Source of the DNA: Candidatus Krumholzibacteriales bacterium
GTDB taxonomy: Bacteria > Krumholzibacteriota > Krumholzibacteriia > Krumholzibacteriales > WJIX01
Direction: 5' to 3'
Length of the DNA: 34,720 bases
NCBI GenBank assembly: GCA_046483305.1
Contig: JAWODM010000038.1
Span: 1 to 34,720 of the forward strand
Both the position numbers and the translations under genes were made by a program. The notes beneath the pieces were generated by a model. That model was not told the DNA's origin, did no database searches, and worked only from the letters and a program-made list of their open reading frames with translations. Below are positions 26,827 to 34,720 of this stretch, piece by piece; within the stretch, counting starts at the first letter, position 1; every line of letters starts with the position of its first letter.

Positions 26827-27849
26827 ATGCGTAAATTGAAAACAGCAGTGCTCGGGGCAACCGGGATGGTCGGCCAGGCATTCCTGGCGCTCCTCAGCAG
26901 GCATCCCTGGTTTGAACCTTCGGTGCTGGCAGCCTCCGACGAAAGGGAAGGCAGATTATTCGGCGAAAGTACCGACTGGCTGCTCCCCACCCCCCTGCCG
27001 GACCTGATAGCGGAGAAACCACTCCACAGATTTGATATCCAGATGCTGAGGAACCAGAAGGTGAGAATCGTATTCAGCGCGCTCCCCTCGAATGTGGCCG
27101 CGGATCTGGAACCGGAGCTTGCGGACAGCGGATTCGCGGTATTTTCCAATGCCGGCGCGATGAGATACCGCGAAAATGTGCCCATCATAATTCCTGAGAT
27201 TAATCCGGAAGAATGCAGGCCGGAGGGGAAACACGATCTCAGCAGCGGAGGATTCGTGATAACCAACGCCAACTGCACCACCACCGGTCTGGCCCTGGCC
27301 CTGGCTCCCCTGCGGAAATTCGGGATCGGAAGGATTTTCCTCTCCACTTACCAGGCCCTCAGCGGAGCCGGCAGAAAAGGGTTTGAAACACCGGAGCTGA
27401 AGGAAAATGTTTTCCCCCGGATCGAGGGAGAGGAAAACAAGGTTCGAAGAGAGATCAGGAAGATATTCTCTTCAGATTTTGCAATCTATCCCTTCTGCCT
27501 GAGGGTTCCGGTACCTTTCGGCCATACCGAAACAGTATGGATAGATTTCACCGGCAAACCTTCCGCTGAGGATATAATAGAGGCGTGGAAGGAGTTCAGG
27601 TTCACCGATTTTGACCTTCCCTCCCTGCCTGACACTCCGGTCAGGTACCTGGGAGAAAAGGGCTATCCCCAGTCAAATATGAGTTTTGAGGGCAACCCGC
27701 CGGGAATGGAGGTTTATACCGGCAGGGTCCGGATCGTCAACGGAATGGCCGGATTCGTATTCGTTTTCAACAACATTATCAGGGGAGCGGCAGGCGGGTC
27801 CATTGCCAACGCCGAACTGTTCGTTAAACTGAACGGCGGAAAATTATGA
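26827..27849 (+). CDS. asd: Aspartate-semialdehyde dehydrogenase (archaeal/eukaryote-like clade)
   Basis: VLGATGMVGQ, VFSALP, SNAG..R, IPEINP, TNANCTT (catalytic Cys), QALSGAG, RVPV..GH, RGAAGGSIANAEL. Confidence 0.93.
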   Translation: MRKLKTAVLGATGMVGQAFLALLSRHPWFEPSVLAASDEREGRLFGESTDWLLPTPLPDLIAEKPLHRFDIQMLRNQKVRIVFSALPSNVAADLEPELADSGFAVFSNAGAMRYRENVPIIIPEINPEECRPEGKHDLSSGGFVITNANCTTTGLALALAPLRKFGIGRIFLSTYQALSGAGRKGFETPELKENVFPRIEGEENKVRREIRKIFSSDFAIYPFCLRVPVPFGHTETVWIDFTGKPSAEDIIEAWKEFRFTDFDLPSLPDTPVRYLGEKGYPQSNMSFEGNPPGMEVYTGRVRIVNGMAGFVFVFNNIIRGAAGGSIANAELFVKLNGGKL

Positions 27850-29213
27850 GCAGGCGTGTAATAAAATTCGGGGGATCATGCCTTAAAAACAGGGAACAAT
27901 TCTCCAGGGTGATTGATATTATAAGAAATTACAGGGAGAACCTGGTAGTGGTGGTCTCAGCCCTTTATGGGGTAACCGACCGCCTTGAGGATGCCGTCCG
28001 TGAAGTTAAAAAAAGTGAAAGGGCGGTCAGGAAAGTCCAGCGGAACCTCTACAGCATCCATGAGGAGATCATCGGCAAGTTCATAGCCGACCGGACAGCG
28101 GCCAGAAGGGCCCAGACCAGGCTGGCCCGGAGGGTTGAAAAACTGGGAAAATACCTGATGGGTGTCCACTGCCTGGAAGATATCCCCAACTGCGCGGACG
28201 ACATGCTTCTGAGTTACGGGGAAAGATTATCCTCGCTGCTTCTCTGCGAAATCCTGGAGTATTCAGGCGTTGAATGCAGGGAGATGCTCCCCGAGGATAT
28301 AGGGCTGGTCACCGACGGCAATTACGGCAGCGCCACCATAGACCTGAAGCTGTCCAGGAGAAATATCCGTTCGATATTCACCGGGGATACCGTATACGTC
28401 ATTCCCGGCTATTACGGCATCTCCACCGCGTACAGAATAACCACCTTCGGCCGGGGAGGAAGCGATTATTCGGCGTCAGCGGTGGCTCACTGCATCGAAG
28501 CCGCCTCTCTGGACATCTGGAAGGATGTCTCCGGATTCATGAGCGCAGACCCCTCGCTGGTGAATAACCCGGTCATTATAAAAACCCTCAGCTACAATGA
28601 AGCCTCGGAGCTTTCATATTTCGGGGCGCGGATATTCCACCCCCTGACCTTTGAAGCCCTTCTGGGCGACAGAATTCCGGTTCGGATATTCGATATAGCC
28701 AATCCGGGAAGGCCGGTATCCACCATAACCAGCAAAGGCAGGGGAACCAGAACGGTTATCAAGAGCATCGCCTGCCTCGATGATATCGGGGCCATAAAAC
28801 TGGAGAGCGTCGGGCTGGGAATCAAAAGCAGAATAATCAACAGAGTAATCAGCGAGATAGCGTCCAGGGGGATAAATATAAAGACTTTGGCTTCCTCCAT
28901 GACCTCCCTGGTCATTCTGGCAGGCGAAGATGACCTGGACAGCTGTCACAGCGTTCTTTCCGGTTTCAGCCCCATGGAGATAGACAGGGCCGAGGTTCAG
29001 AGAGAGCTCAGTCTGATAGCGCTGGTGGGAGAGGGGATGGAGCGGAGAAAGGGTGTTGCGGCCCGGGTAATAAATACGGTGAGCGAAAAGAAGATAAATA
29101 TCAGATTGATATCGTACGGCTCGTCCGGAGTGGCAATGTACCTGCTGGTGGACCGGAAGCGCCGGACCGGAGCGGTCAGGGCGCTACACCGGGAATTCTT
29201 TGAAAAGGGATAG
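27846..29213 (+). CDS. lysC: Aspartate kinase with C-terminal ACT domains
   Basis: VIKFGGS, VVVSAL.GVTD.L, SYGERLS, TTFGRGGSDYSA, WKDVSGFMSADP, ELSYFGA..HP, IALVGEGM. ATGA overlap with asd. Confidence 0.92.
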   Translation: MSRRVIKFGGSCLKNREQFSRVIDIIRNYRENLVVVVSALYGVTDRLEDAVREVKKSERAVRKVQRNLYSIHEEIIGKFIADRTAARRAQTRLARRVEKLGKYLMGVHCLEDIPNCADDMLLSYGERLSSLLLCEILEYSGVECREMLPEDIGLVTDGNYGSATIDLKLSRRNIRSIFTGDTVYVIPGYYGISTAYRITTFGRGGSDYSASAVAHCIEAASLDIWKDVSGFMSADPSLVNNPVIIKTLSYNEASELSYFGARIFHPLTFEALLGDRIPVRIFDIANPGRPVSTITSKGRGTRTVIKSIACLDDIGAIKLESVGLGIKSRIINRVISEIASRGINIKTLASSMTSLVILAGEDDLDSCHSVLSGFSPMEIDRAEVQRELSLIALVGEGMERRKGVAARVINTVSEKKINIRLISYGSSGVAMYLLVDRKRRTGAVRALHREFFEKG

Positions 29214-29226
29214 ATTATCCGCTGAT

Positions 29227-30153
29227 TCAGACATTGACGAACTTCATTATTTCATCGGCGGAGTTCTGAGCCTCCCGGTAACCGAGCTCGATTATCTTTT
29301 CGGCATGATCGAGATCGAAGGTCCGGTAGTTTCCTACCGGAGGCGAAATCATCAGATGGGGGCCCGGAAAATCAGATTTCTGCTCCATCATTCTGGATGA
29401 AACCACCGCCAGGCTGTCGGTAATAACATCGTACAGTTTCCTTCCCCCCGCGCTATCATTGTGGTCCGGATGAGGGAGCTTCCTGTACAGCTCCGATAGC
29501 GGCTTGGGAGCTCTGCTCAGAACATCGCCGATCCATTCATCCATCCTCTCCAGGAAGGACTGCTCCTCCTCTCTCCGTTCATACTCCTTCATTCTGGAGC
29601 CAATAGCCCGGCAGGCGTTAACCCCGATAACCCGGTCGGCGCCGAGATCGAACGCCACATCCACCGGGACCGGATTGCTGAGCTCTCCGTCAACCAGAAC
29701 CCGGTCCATTATCTCGACCGGCCTGAACATCCCCGGTATGGAGCTGGAGGCGCTCAGGGCGGTCAGCAGTTTTCCCTTTCTGAATACCACTTCCGTTCCT
29801 GAATTCAGATCGGTGGCAACACAGGCGAAAGGTTTATCCAGATCCTCTATCCTCCTGTCTCCGATCTTATCCTTGAGGAACCTGGATATCCTGCTCCAGT
29901 CAAAGATGCTCTCCGAAGAAAACGACAGTCTGAGAAACTTTATTACATCAACCCAGTCTATTTGAAGCGCCAGTTTCTTTATGTGCTGCGGTGAATGCCC
30001 CGAAACTATAAAACCGCCCACGATCGCCCCCATGGAGCAGCCTGTAATATAATCTATATCGACCTCATTCTCCTTAAGCCACAACAGCACACCTATGCTG
30101 CTGAGCCCCCTGGCTCCTCCGGAACCAAGCGCTATACCAGTTTTCTTCGACAT
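29227..30153 (-). CDS. Patatin-like phospholipase (RssA/NTE family)
   Basis: ALGSGGARG, GCSMG (Ser), ASSSIPGMF.PV, LVDGE...PVP (Asp). ATG 30153 follows GGGAGG; the alternative ATG 30231 overlaps the rhomboid stop. Confidence 0.9.
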   Translation of the reverse strand: MSKKTGIALGSGGARGLSSIGVLLWLKENEVDIDYITGCSMGAIVGGFIVSGHSPQHIKKLALQIDWVDVIKFLRLSFSSESIFDWSRISRFLKDKIGDRRIEDLDKPFACVATDLNSGTEVVFRKGKLLTALSASSSIPGMFRPVEIMDRVLVDGELSNPVPVDVAFDLGADRVIGVNACRAIGSRMKEYERREEEQSFLERMDEWIGDVLSRAPKPLSELYRKLPHPDHNDSAGGRKLYDVITDSLAVVSSRMMEQKSDFPGPHLMISPPVGNYRTFDLDHAEKIIELGYREAQNSADEIMKFVNV

Positions 30154-30227
30154 TCCATTACCCTCCCGATTCCATCTGAATCCCTGAAAAGATGATAATG
30201 GCCGCAACCATCTCTTCAATCGACCCT

Positions 30228-30905
30228 TCATCTTCTCCCTCCCCCCAGAACCGACGGGTGCCTTACCAACAGATAGAGAAACACCGATATCGGAACCACC
30301 AGCATGATAATGACAGATAACCTCCGCGTCAAGAGCGCGGGATTGAACAGAACTGAAACCGCGATTCCTATAATTGCCCCTCCCAGGTGAGCTTCGTGCC
30401 CGAGATTGCCGAATCTGGATTTTATCCCGTATATCGATATAAGTATGAAACCGATTCCGAACAGCCAGGACGGTATCGCTATCGGCAGAAACAGTATATA
30501 TATCGAACTGTCCGGGAAATACAGGATGCTCGCGAAGATCACCCCGCAGACCGCTCCCGAGGCGCCCACTGCCCGGTAGTCGGGGTTATCCCTGTTGAAG
30601 AACAGGGCCAGCAGGTTGCCCCCCGTCAGAGAGGCAAAATAGATCACTATGAACTTCATCAGCCCAACCGCCCTGCCGACTTCCACACTGAAGGAATAAA
30701 GAGCGAGCATGTTGAATATCAGGTGCGCCCAGTTTGCATGCAGAAAACCGGAACTCAGTATCCGTAAGCTCTCCCCCCCTTCGGTTATCTTCCGCACCCA
30801 GAACAGGTGTTTTTCATAGAACTGCCTGGATGTAAATCCCTTGTAGGAAAACAACCCGTTCGATATCATAAGCATTACAGTAAAAGCTTCAACGGCCTGA
30901 TCCAT
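30228..30905 (-). CDS. Rhomboid-family intramembrane serine protease
   Basis: SGFLHANWAHLIFNM, VGASGAV (Ser), HEAHLGG (His), multiple TM segments. Confidence 0.92.
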   Translation of the reverse strand: MDQAVEAFTVMLMISNGLFSYKGFTSRQFYEKHLFWVRKITEGGESLRILSSGFLHANWAHLIFNMLALYSFSVEVGRAVGLMKFIVIYFASLTGGNLLALFFNRDNPDYRAVGASGAVCGVIFASILYFPDSSIYILFLPIAIPSWLFGIGFILISIYGIKSRFGNLGHEAHLGGAIIGIAVSVLFNPALLTRRLSVIIMLVVPISVFLYLLVRHPSVLGGGRR

Positions 30906-30906
30906 A

Positions 30907-31521
30907 TCATTTCCTCTCCGGAAGGATGGACAGTTTCCCGCCCGACAGATTCAACAATTCATTATTGCACATATCAACCTGCGATTCCGGAAGCTTTCCG
31001 CGAAGCAGAACCGAATCGGAAAAATCCTCCGAGGCAATCCCGCCCCCCGCCGATTCCAGGACCAGCTTGACCTTTTCATGAAGCCGGTACGGAACCTCCA
31101 GCGAGAAGCTTATCTCCGGCACATACTTCCTCACCGGCATTTTCCGTACAGCTTTTCCGGCAGCTTCCGAATAAGCGCGCACCAGCCCTCCGGTACCCAG
31201 TTTCACCCCCCCGAAATATCTTACCACGGTAACCAGGAGGTTAAAAACACCGGCTCCCTTTATAACATCCAGTACCGGCGCTCCGGCGGTCCCGGAAGGT
31301 TCGCCGTCATCGCTCATCCCGCTCACCTCGCTGGAAGGGTCTCCCGCCACAAAGGCGTATACCACATGGGTGCAGCCGGGGTATTCCTCCCGTTTCAGCC
31401 TGATCTTCTCCCTGGCATCTTCCGGAGAATCTATCGGCGCGGCCTCCGCGATGAACCTGGATTTTCTTACAGTCATCCCGGCCTGTGATATTCCGTCCGG
31501 TATATAGTAATCTCCGCTCAT
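30907..31521 (-). CDS. yigZ: YigZ/IMPACT family protein
   Basis: KSRFIA, THVVYAF, SDDGEPSGTAG.P, VVRYFGGVKLGTGGLVRAY. Confidence 0.92.
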   Translation of the reverse strand: MSGDYYIPDGISQAGMTVRKSRFIAEAAPIDSPEDAREKIRLKREEYPGCTHVVYAFVAGDPSSEVSGMSDDGEPSGTAGAPVLDVIKGAGVFNLLVTVVRYFGGVKLGTGGLVRAYSEAAGKAVRKMPVRKYVPEISFSLEVPYRLHEKVKLVLESAGGGIASEDFSDSVLLRGKLPESQVDMCNNELLNLSGGKLSILPERK

Positions 31522-31561
31522 CTGTGTTCAACCCGCGCTTTCCATTTCATGCCTTATAATA

Positions 31562-32236
31562 TCACACCGGTTCTTCTTTTTCGAGGTATTCATAAAAGCA
31601 GACTACCGAATCGTAAGCGGAAGCAAAGGCAAGCGAAATAAAAGGTGTCACCGCAAGGTGGTATAATACCATCATTATCAGCCCGGCGCTTCCGGAAATG
31701 TTCAGAAAAAGCAGAGCGGTTATATAGAAGCTCCCCATCGCTATCAGATAAAAAACAGCAAGCTGCAGAACGTTACCTCTGATTATCCTTTCGCTGAAGC
31801 CGAAGGAGCCGGATACCGGAAGATCCCTGTCAATAACCGCGAAAAGGGAAAACCCGAACCGGGCCATCAGATAAATTCCCGGGATGACCAGAAAGATCAA
31901 TCCGACCGATACCATCAGAGAAAGAAGCACGGAAACCGCCCAGGCATCCCGGAACCTGTTAAGGGAATCCAGAATACTTAACGGCTCAACCCGCTCCGAC
32001 CTCACTATTCTCAGGCAGTAATTCATCCAGCCGACAGAGATTACCAGCCCCGCGGTCAGCTGAATTACAAGGGTAATGAATATACCTCCGGGAAGAAGGT
32101 TGATCAGGAACAGAACGCCCTGATAGGCTGCAAGCACGGCGACCCCTCTGTAGAGATCGCCCGTCCGCTCTTTGAGAATGTCCCAACCGCAGCTGAACCA
32201 GCCGTCAACTGAAACGGGGTATTGCCTTTCCGCCAC
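31562..32236 (-). CDS. Hypothetical integral membrane protein (DUF975-like)
   Basis: GTG after AAGGAG, about 5-6 hydrophobic segments, motif 'GLIFLVIPGIYL..RF.F'. Confidence 0.75.
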   Translation of the reverse strand: MAERQYPVSVDGWFSCGWDILKERTGDLYRGVAVLAAYQGVLFLINLLPGGIFITLVIQLTAGLVISVGWMNYCLRIVRSERVEPLSILDSLNRFRDAWAVSVLLSLMVSVGLIFLVIPGIYLMARFGFSLFAVIDRDLPVSGSFGFSERIIRGNVLQLAVFYLIAMGSFYITALLFLNISGSAGLIMMVLYHLAVTPFISLAFASAYDSVVCFYEYLEKEEPV

Positions 32237-32351
32237 CTCTGATACTCCTTGCTCTTCAAACCCTCCGCCGGGGTATTCGTTCCGCCGTCGGGCTGTAAGT
32301 GTAAAACATAATGATGGATATAACCAGTGAGAAATTCTTATATTGAACCAG

Positions 32352-33104
32352 TCAGCTGCCCTGCCTGATAATTTCCCGGGTTTTGTATGTCCTCCTGGCT
32401 ATCATGTAAAGGCCGGCCAGTATCAGGGCCTCTCCTGCTGCGAACAGGGGCCAGTTGAAGCTTTCCGGAACGTATTCGGTTACCCTGCTGATAAACTCGC
32501 TGCTGCGGTGAAGCTCGAAGAATCGGGGGAGAAATCCTCCCCTGATTATGAGCATTGCGTAATCCTCTATGAAAGAGAGAAATACCAGGAAAGCGCCCCC
32601 ATAAATCAGCAGCCAGTCCACCGCCCCGGTCCTGGTCCGGAAGCCATAAAAACCGGGCAGGAGGATGCAGCAGGCCATCAGAATCATGGTCACCGAACAT
32701 ATAACAGGCGCCAGCACCGGCCCCACCCAGGTAACCGGTATCAGGAAGAGTATATCCCGGGTGAGAAGAGATTCCGGCCAGCCGATAAGCAGTTTCAGGA
32801 ATATGTAGTAGAATATGTCCCACACGGCGAAGATATACAGAAACCAGGCCAGCCTCTTGAGTCTGTCTCCCGCAGCCACCACCGCAACCGCAGCTATCAT
32901 CACCAGGGTGGACAGCTCTCTGAGAAGTTCGAAGGGCAGAGCCGGGGAAGAGATCCAGTTCAGCGGAAATTCAAATCCGCCGGGATAATACAGCATTCGA
33001 AGATATATTACCAGCACCGCCTCGAACATCCCCATCGCCACGCCGTACAGTCCCAGAAATGCGAATTTCAGGCTGTCTGAATTTCCTGAACCTGATAGCC
33101 TCAA
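32352..33104 (-). CDS. Hypothetical integral membrane protein
   Basis: About 6-7 hydrophobic segments with conserved-looking 'EAVLVIYLR', 'RELSTLVMI', 'WDIFYY', 'DILFLIP..WVGPVLAP'. TTG 33104 follows GGAAGGTGAG. Confidence 0.78.
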   Translation of the reverse strand: MRLSGSGNSDSLKFAFLGLYGVAMGMFEAVLVIYLRMLYYPGGFEFPLNWISSPALPFELLRELSTLVMIAAVAVVAAGDRLKRLAWFLYIFAVWDIFYYIFLKLLIGWPESLLTRDILFLIPVTWVGPVLAPVICSVTMILMACCILLPGFYGFRTRTGAVDWLLIYGGAFLVFLSFIEDYAMLIIRGGFLPRFFELHRSSEFISRVTEYVPESFNWPLFAAGEALILAGLYMIARRTYKTREIIRQGS

Positions 33105-33327
33105 ATCAAACTCACCTTCCTTCCGGCCCCCCACTCCAGCTGCGGGATGACCCGTTAGTCATCATATCATTCAAAAGCCGGCCACCTCAACTTCTTTCTC
33201 TCTTTATAACAATGCATTAACAATATCCAGATTTAAAGAATACTATAATCACAATTTTAAACACTGAGAAGATAAAAAGGGTGGAATACTTCTTGCTAAA
33301 TTATGATTTATAACAGGGAGGGTTCCA

Positions 33328-34720
33328 ATGAAAAGAATATCAGTTGTTTTATCATTAATAATAGTTTTATCCCTATTGATTTGCTGCAGTAATGACGAAG
33401 TTACTGATCCTTCTGCCAATAACTCAGACAATTCTCCTGTTGCAAGTATAATCAGTCCAGTCGATAGTGTTTCATTTACAGCAGGAGACACGGTAACTTT
33501 TTCCGGTACCGGCATCGATCATAATGGATCTGAGATACCTGGTAACTCACTGTTATGGAGGTCCGACCGGGATGGAATACTGGGAACGGGGACTATCGTA
33601 AAATGTCACGATCTCTCTGAATATATTCACATAATAACCCTTACGGCAATTGATTCGGATAATAAAACCGATACTGACGCGATATCAATAAGTATATGTT
33701 CTGGAGGAGATCTGCCCAAAGCAAGAATATCAAGCCCAAGCGAAAAAGATTTATATGTTATAGGCGAAACTGTAAATTTTAAAGGTTCAGGAACTGACAG
33801 TGATGATGGAATTCTGGCCGCCGGTTCTTTATTATGGACTTCGGATAAAGATGGTGTCCTGGGTACGGGGGCCTCCTTTTCTAATAGCGACCTGTCACAG
33901 AATCTCCATGTGGTAACTCTGATAGCTACAGATTCGGATGGATATACAGGAACTGACAATGTTTCTATAAATATCATTCCGGAGAGCGAGATACCCACCG
34001 CCCAAATATTATCACCGGAGGATGGAGCCATCTACACGGAAGGCCAGCAAATTACCTTCTCAGGTTCCGGACTTGACAGTGACGATGGCGTTTTATCAGA
34101 CAACAGGCTTCTATGGGTATCAGATATAGACGGGATACTTGGAACTGGAAGCTCTTTAATGGTAAATAATCTATCAATTAATTCGCACATAGTTACCCTT
34201 ACTGTAACGGATTCTGATTCAAATAGCGATTCGGACAGCGTTTCAGTTACTGTTGAAGAATCAACAATACAGATAACAACCAGCTCACTTGCGTCTGGTA
34301 GCACCTGTTCCCCATATAGCGTTCAGCTCGAAGCCGAAGGCGGAACGGCGCCCTACACCTGGGAGCTTGCTTCCGGTTCTACTCTGCCTGCTGGATACGA
34401 ACTGACCACTGACGGCGTTATAAAGGGAATGACCAGCAATATCGCAGAGAACAGCTTCACTGTAACATGTTCAGACAACGAGGGAGAAAGCGTAACCGCC
34501 GATTACTCTCTCACCGTGAATGTGCCTGCCAATCCTTCGATCGGTATCTTCTACGATGAGACGGCAACGGTCTGCAGCGCGCAGGCAACCGCTTTCCTCA
34601 CCACTCTTGACTGTTACGTATACATTATGCTTGAGGATAGTCAGTACGATTGTACCACGGCTGCTCAGTTCAAGGTCAGCCTGGTCGACTCCGACGGCAA
34701 TCCCCTGGATTCATCAAAGT
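33328..34720 (+). CDS. Surface lipoprotein with three PKD/Ig-like repeats, a putative Ig (He_PIG-like) domain and a further domain; 3' end outside window
   Basis: Absent from the ORF track (no stop). Hand translation from ATG 33328 (after GGGAGG) is open to the window end: MKRISVVLSLIIVLSLLICCSND..., three 'P.A.I.SP...F.G.G.D...L.W.SD.DG.LGTG...H..TL..DSD' units, then ITTSSL...GGTAPYTW...LPAG. Confidence 0.88.
   Translation, partial: MKRISVVLSLIIVLSLLICCSNDEVTDPSANNSDNSPVASIISPVDSVSFTAGDTVTFSGTGIDHNGSEIPGNSLLWRSDRDGILGTGTIVKCHDLSEYIHIITLTAIDSDNKTDTDAISISICSGGDLPKARISSPSEKDLYVIGETVNFKGSGTDSDDGILAAGSLLWTSDKDGVLGTGASFSNSDLSQNLHVVTLIATDSDGYTGTDNVSINIIPESEIPTAQILSPEDGAIYTEGQQITFSGSGLDSDDGVLSDNRLLWVSDIDGILGTGSSLMVNNLSINSHIVTLTVTDSDSNSDSDSVSVTVEESTIQITTSSLASGSTCSPYSVQLEAEGGTAPYTWELASGSTLPAGYELTTDGVIKGMTSNIAENSFTVTCSDNEGESVTADYSLTVNVPANPSIGIFYDETATVCSAQATAFLTTLDCYVYIMLEDSQYDCTTAAQFKVSLVDSDGNPLDSSK
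33430..34260 (+). repeat. Three diverged intragenic repeats with 279-bp (93-aa) period
   Basis: Equivalent Pro codons at 33436, 33715 and 33994; WRSDRDGILGTG / WTSDKDGVLGTG / WVSDIDGILGTG. Confidence 0.85.

Noticed and set aside
32343..33080. 245-aa plus-strand ORF, plus other long antisense ORFs such as 15662-16540, 5109-5897, 1135-1839 and 19975-20622
   Set aside because: Each overlaps a better-supported gene on the opposite strand and has shadow-like composition.
33135..33327. Possible mobile-element boundary at the AT-rich transition
   Set aside because: No tRNA, integrase, transposase, terminal inverted repeat or target duplication seen.
33249..34304. Minus-strand ORFs 33249-33515, 33627-34031 and 34032-34304
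   Set aside because: Antisense shadows of the open plus-strand Ig-repeat lipoprotein starting at 33328.

Overview
A gene-dense, moderately GC-rich bacterial chromosomal segment from a diderm. TolC, lipoproteins and a gingipain-type C25 peptidase ending in a 'YPNPFNP' FlgD-Ig/T9SS-like tail suggest an FCB-superphylum lineage such as Krumholzibacteriota or Latescibacterota (inference). The first 15.3 kb is one co-oriented seven-gene transport locus: an ABC ATPase, an ABC permease fused to a catalytically degenerate M1-peptidase-like domain and a golvesin-like CBM, TolC, an MFP, an RND permease, an RND permease fused to an intact ABC ATPase, and a second ABC permease. This apparent RND-ABC hybrid exporter is the most striking system here, and its fused ATPase is interrupted by a ~170-aa membrane insert. 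Next come a Cys-rich lipoprotein behind a complete sigma54-type promoter architecture and a divergent suhB-lysR / ino1 inositol-synthesis module. The rest is degP, a GATase, an acylphosphatase with no canonical start codon, a small Cys-rich protein, the C25 peptidase, asd and aspartokinase, a patatin/rhomboid/YigZ/membrane-protein run, and a compositionally mosaic Ig-repeat lipoprotein that runs off the window end. No RNA genes, CRISPR arrays or mobile elements were recognised.
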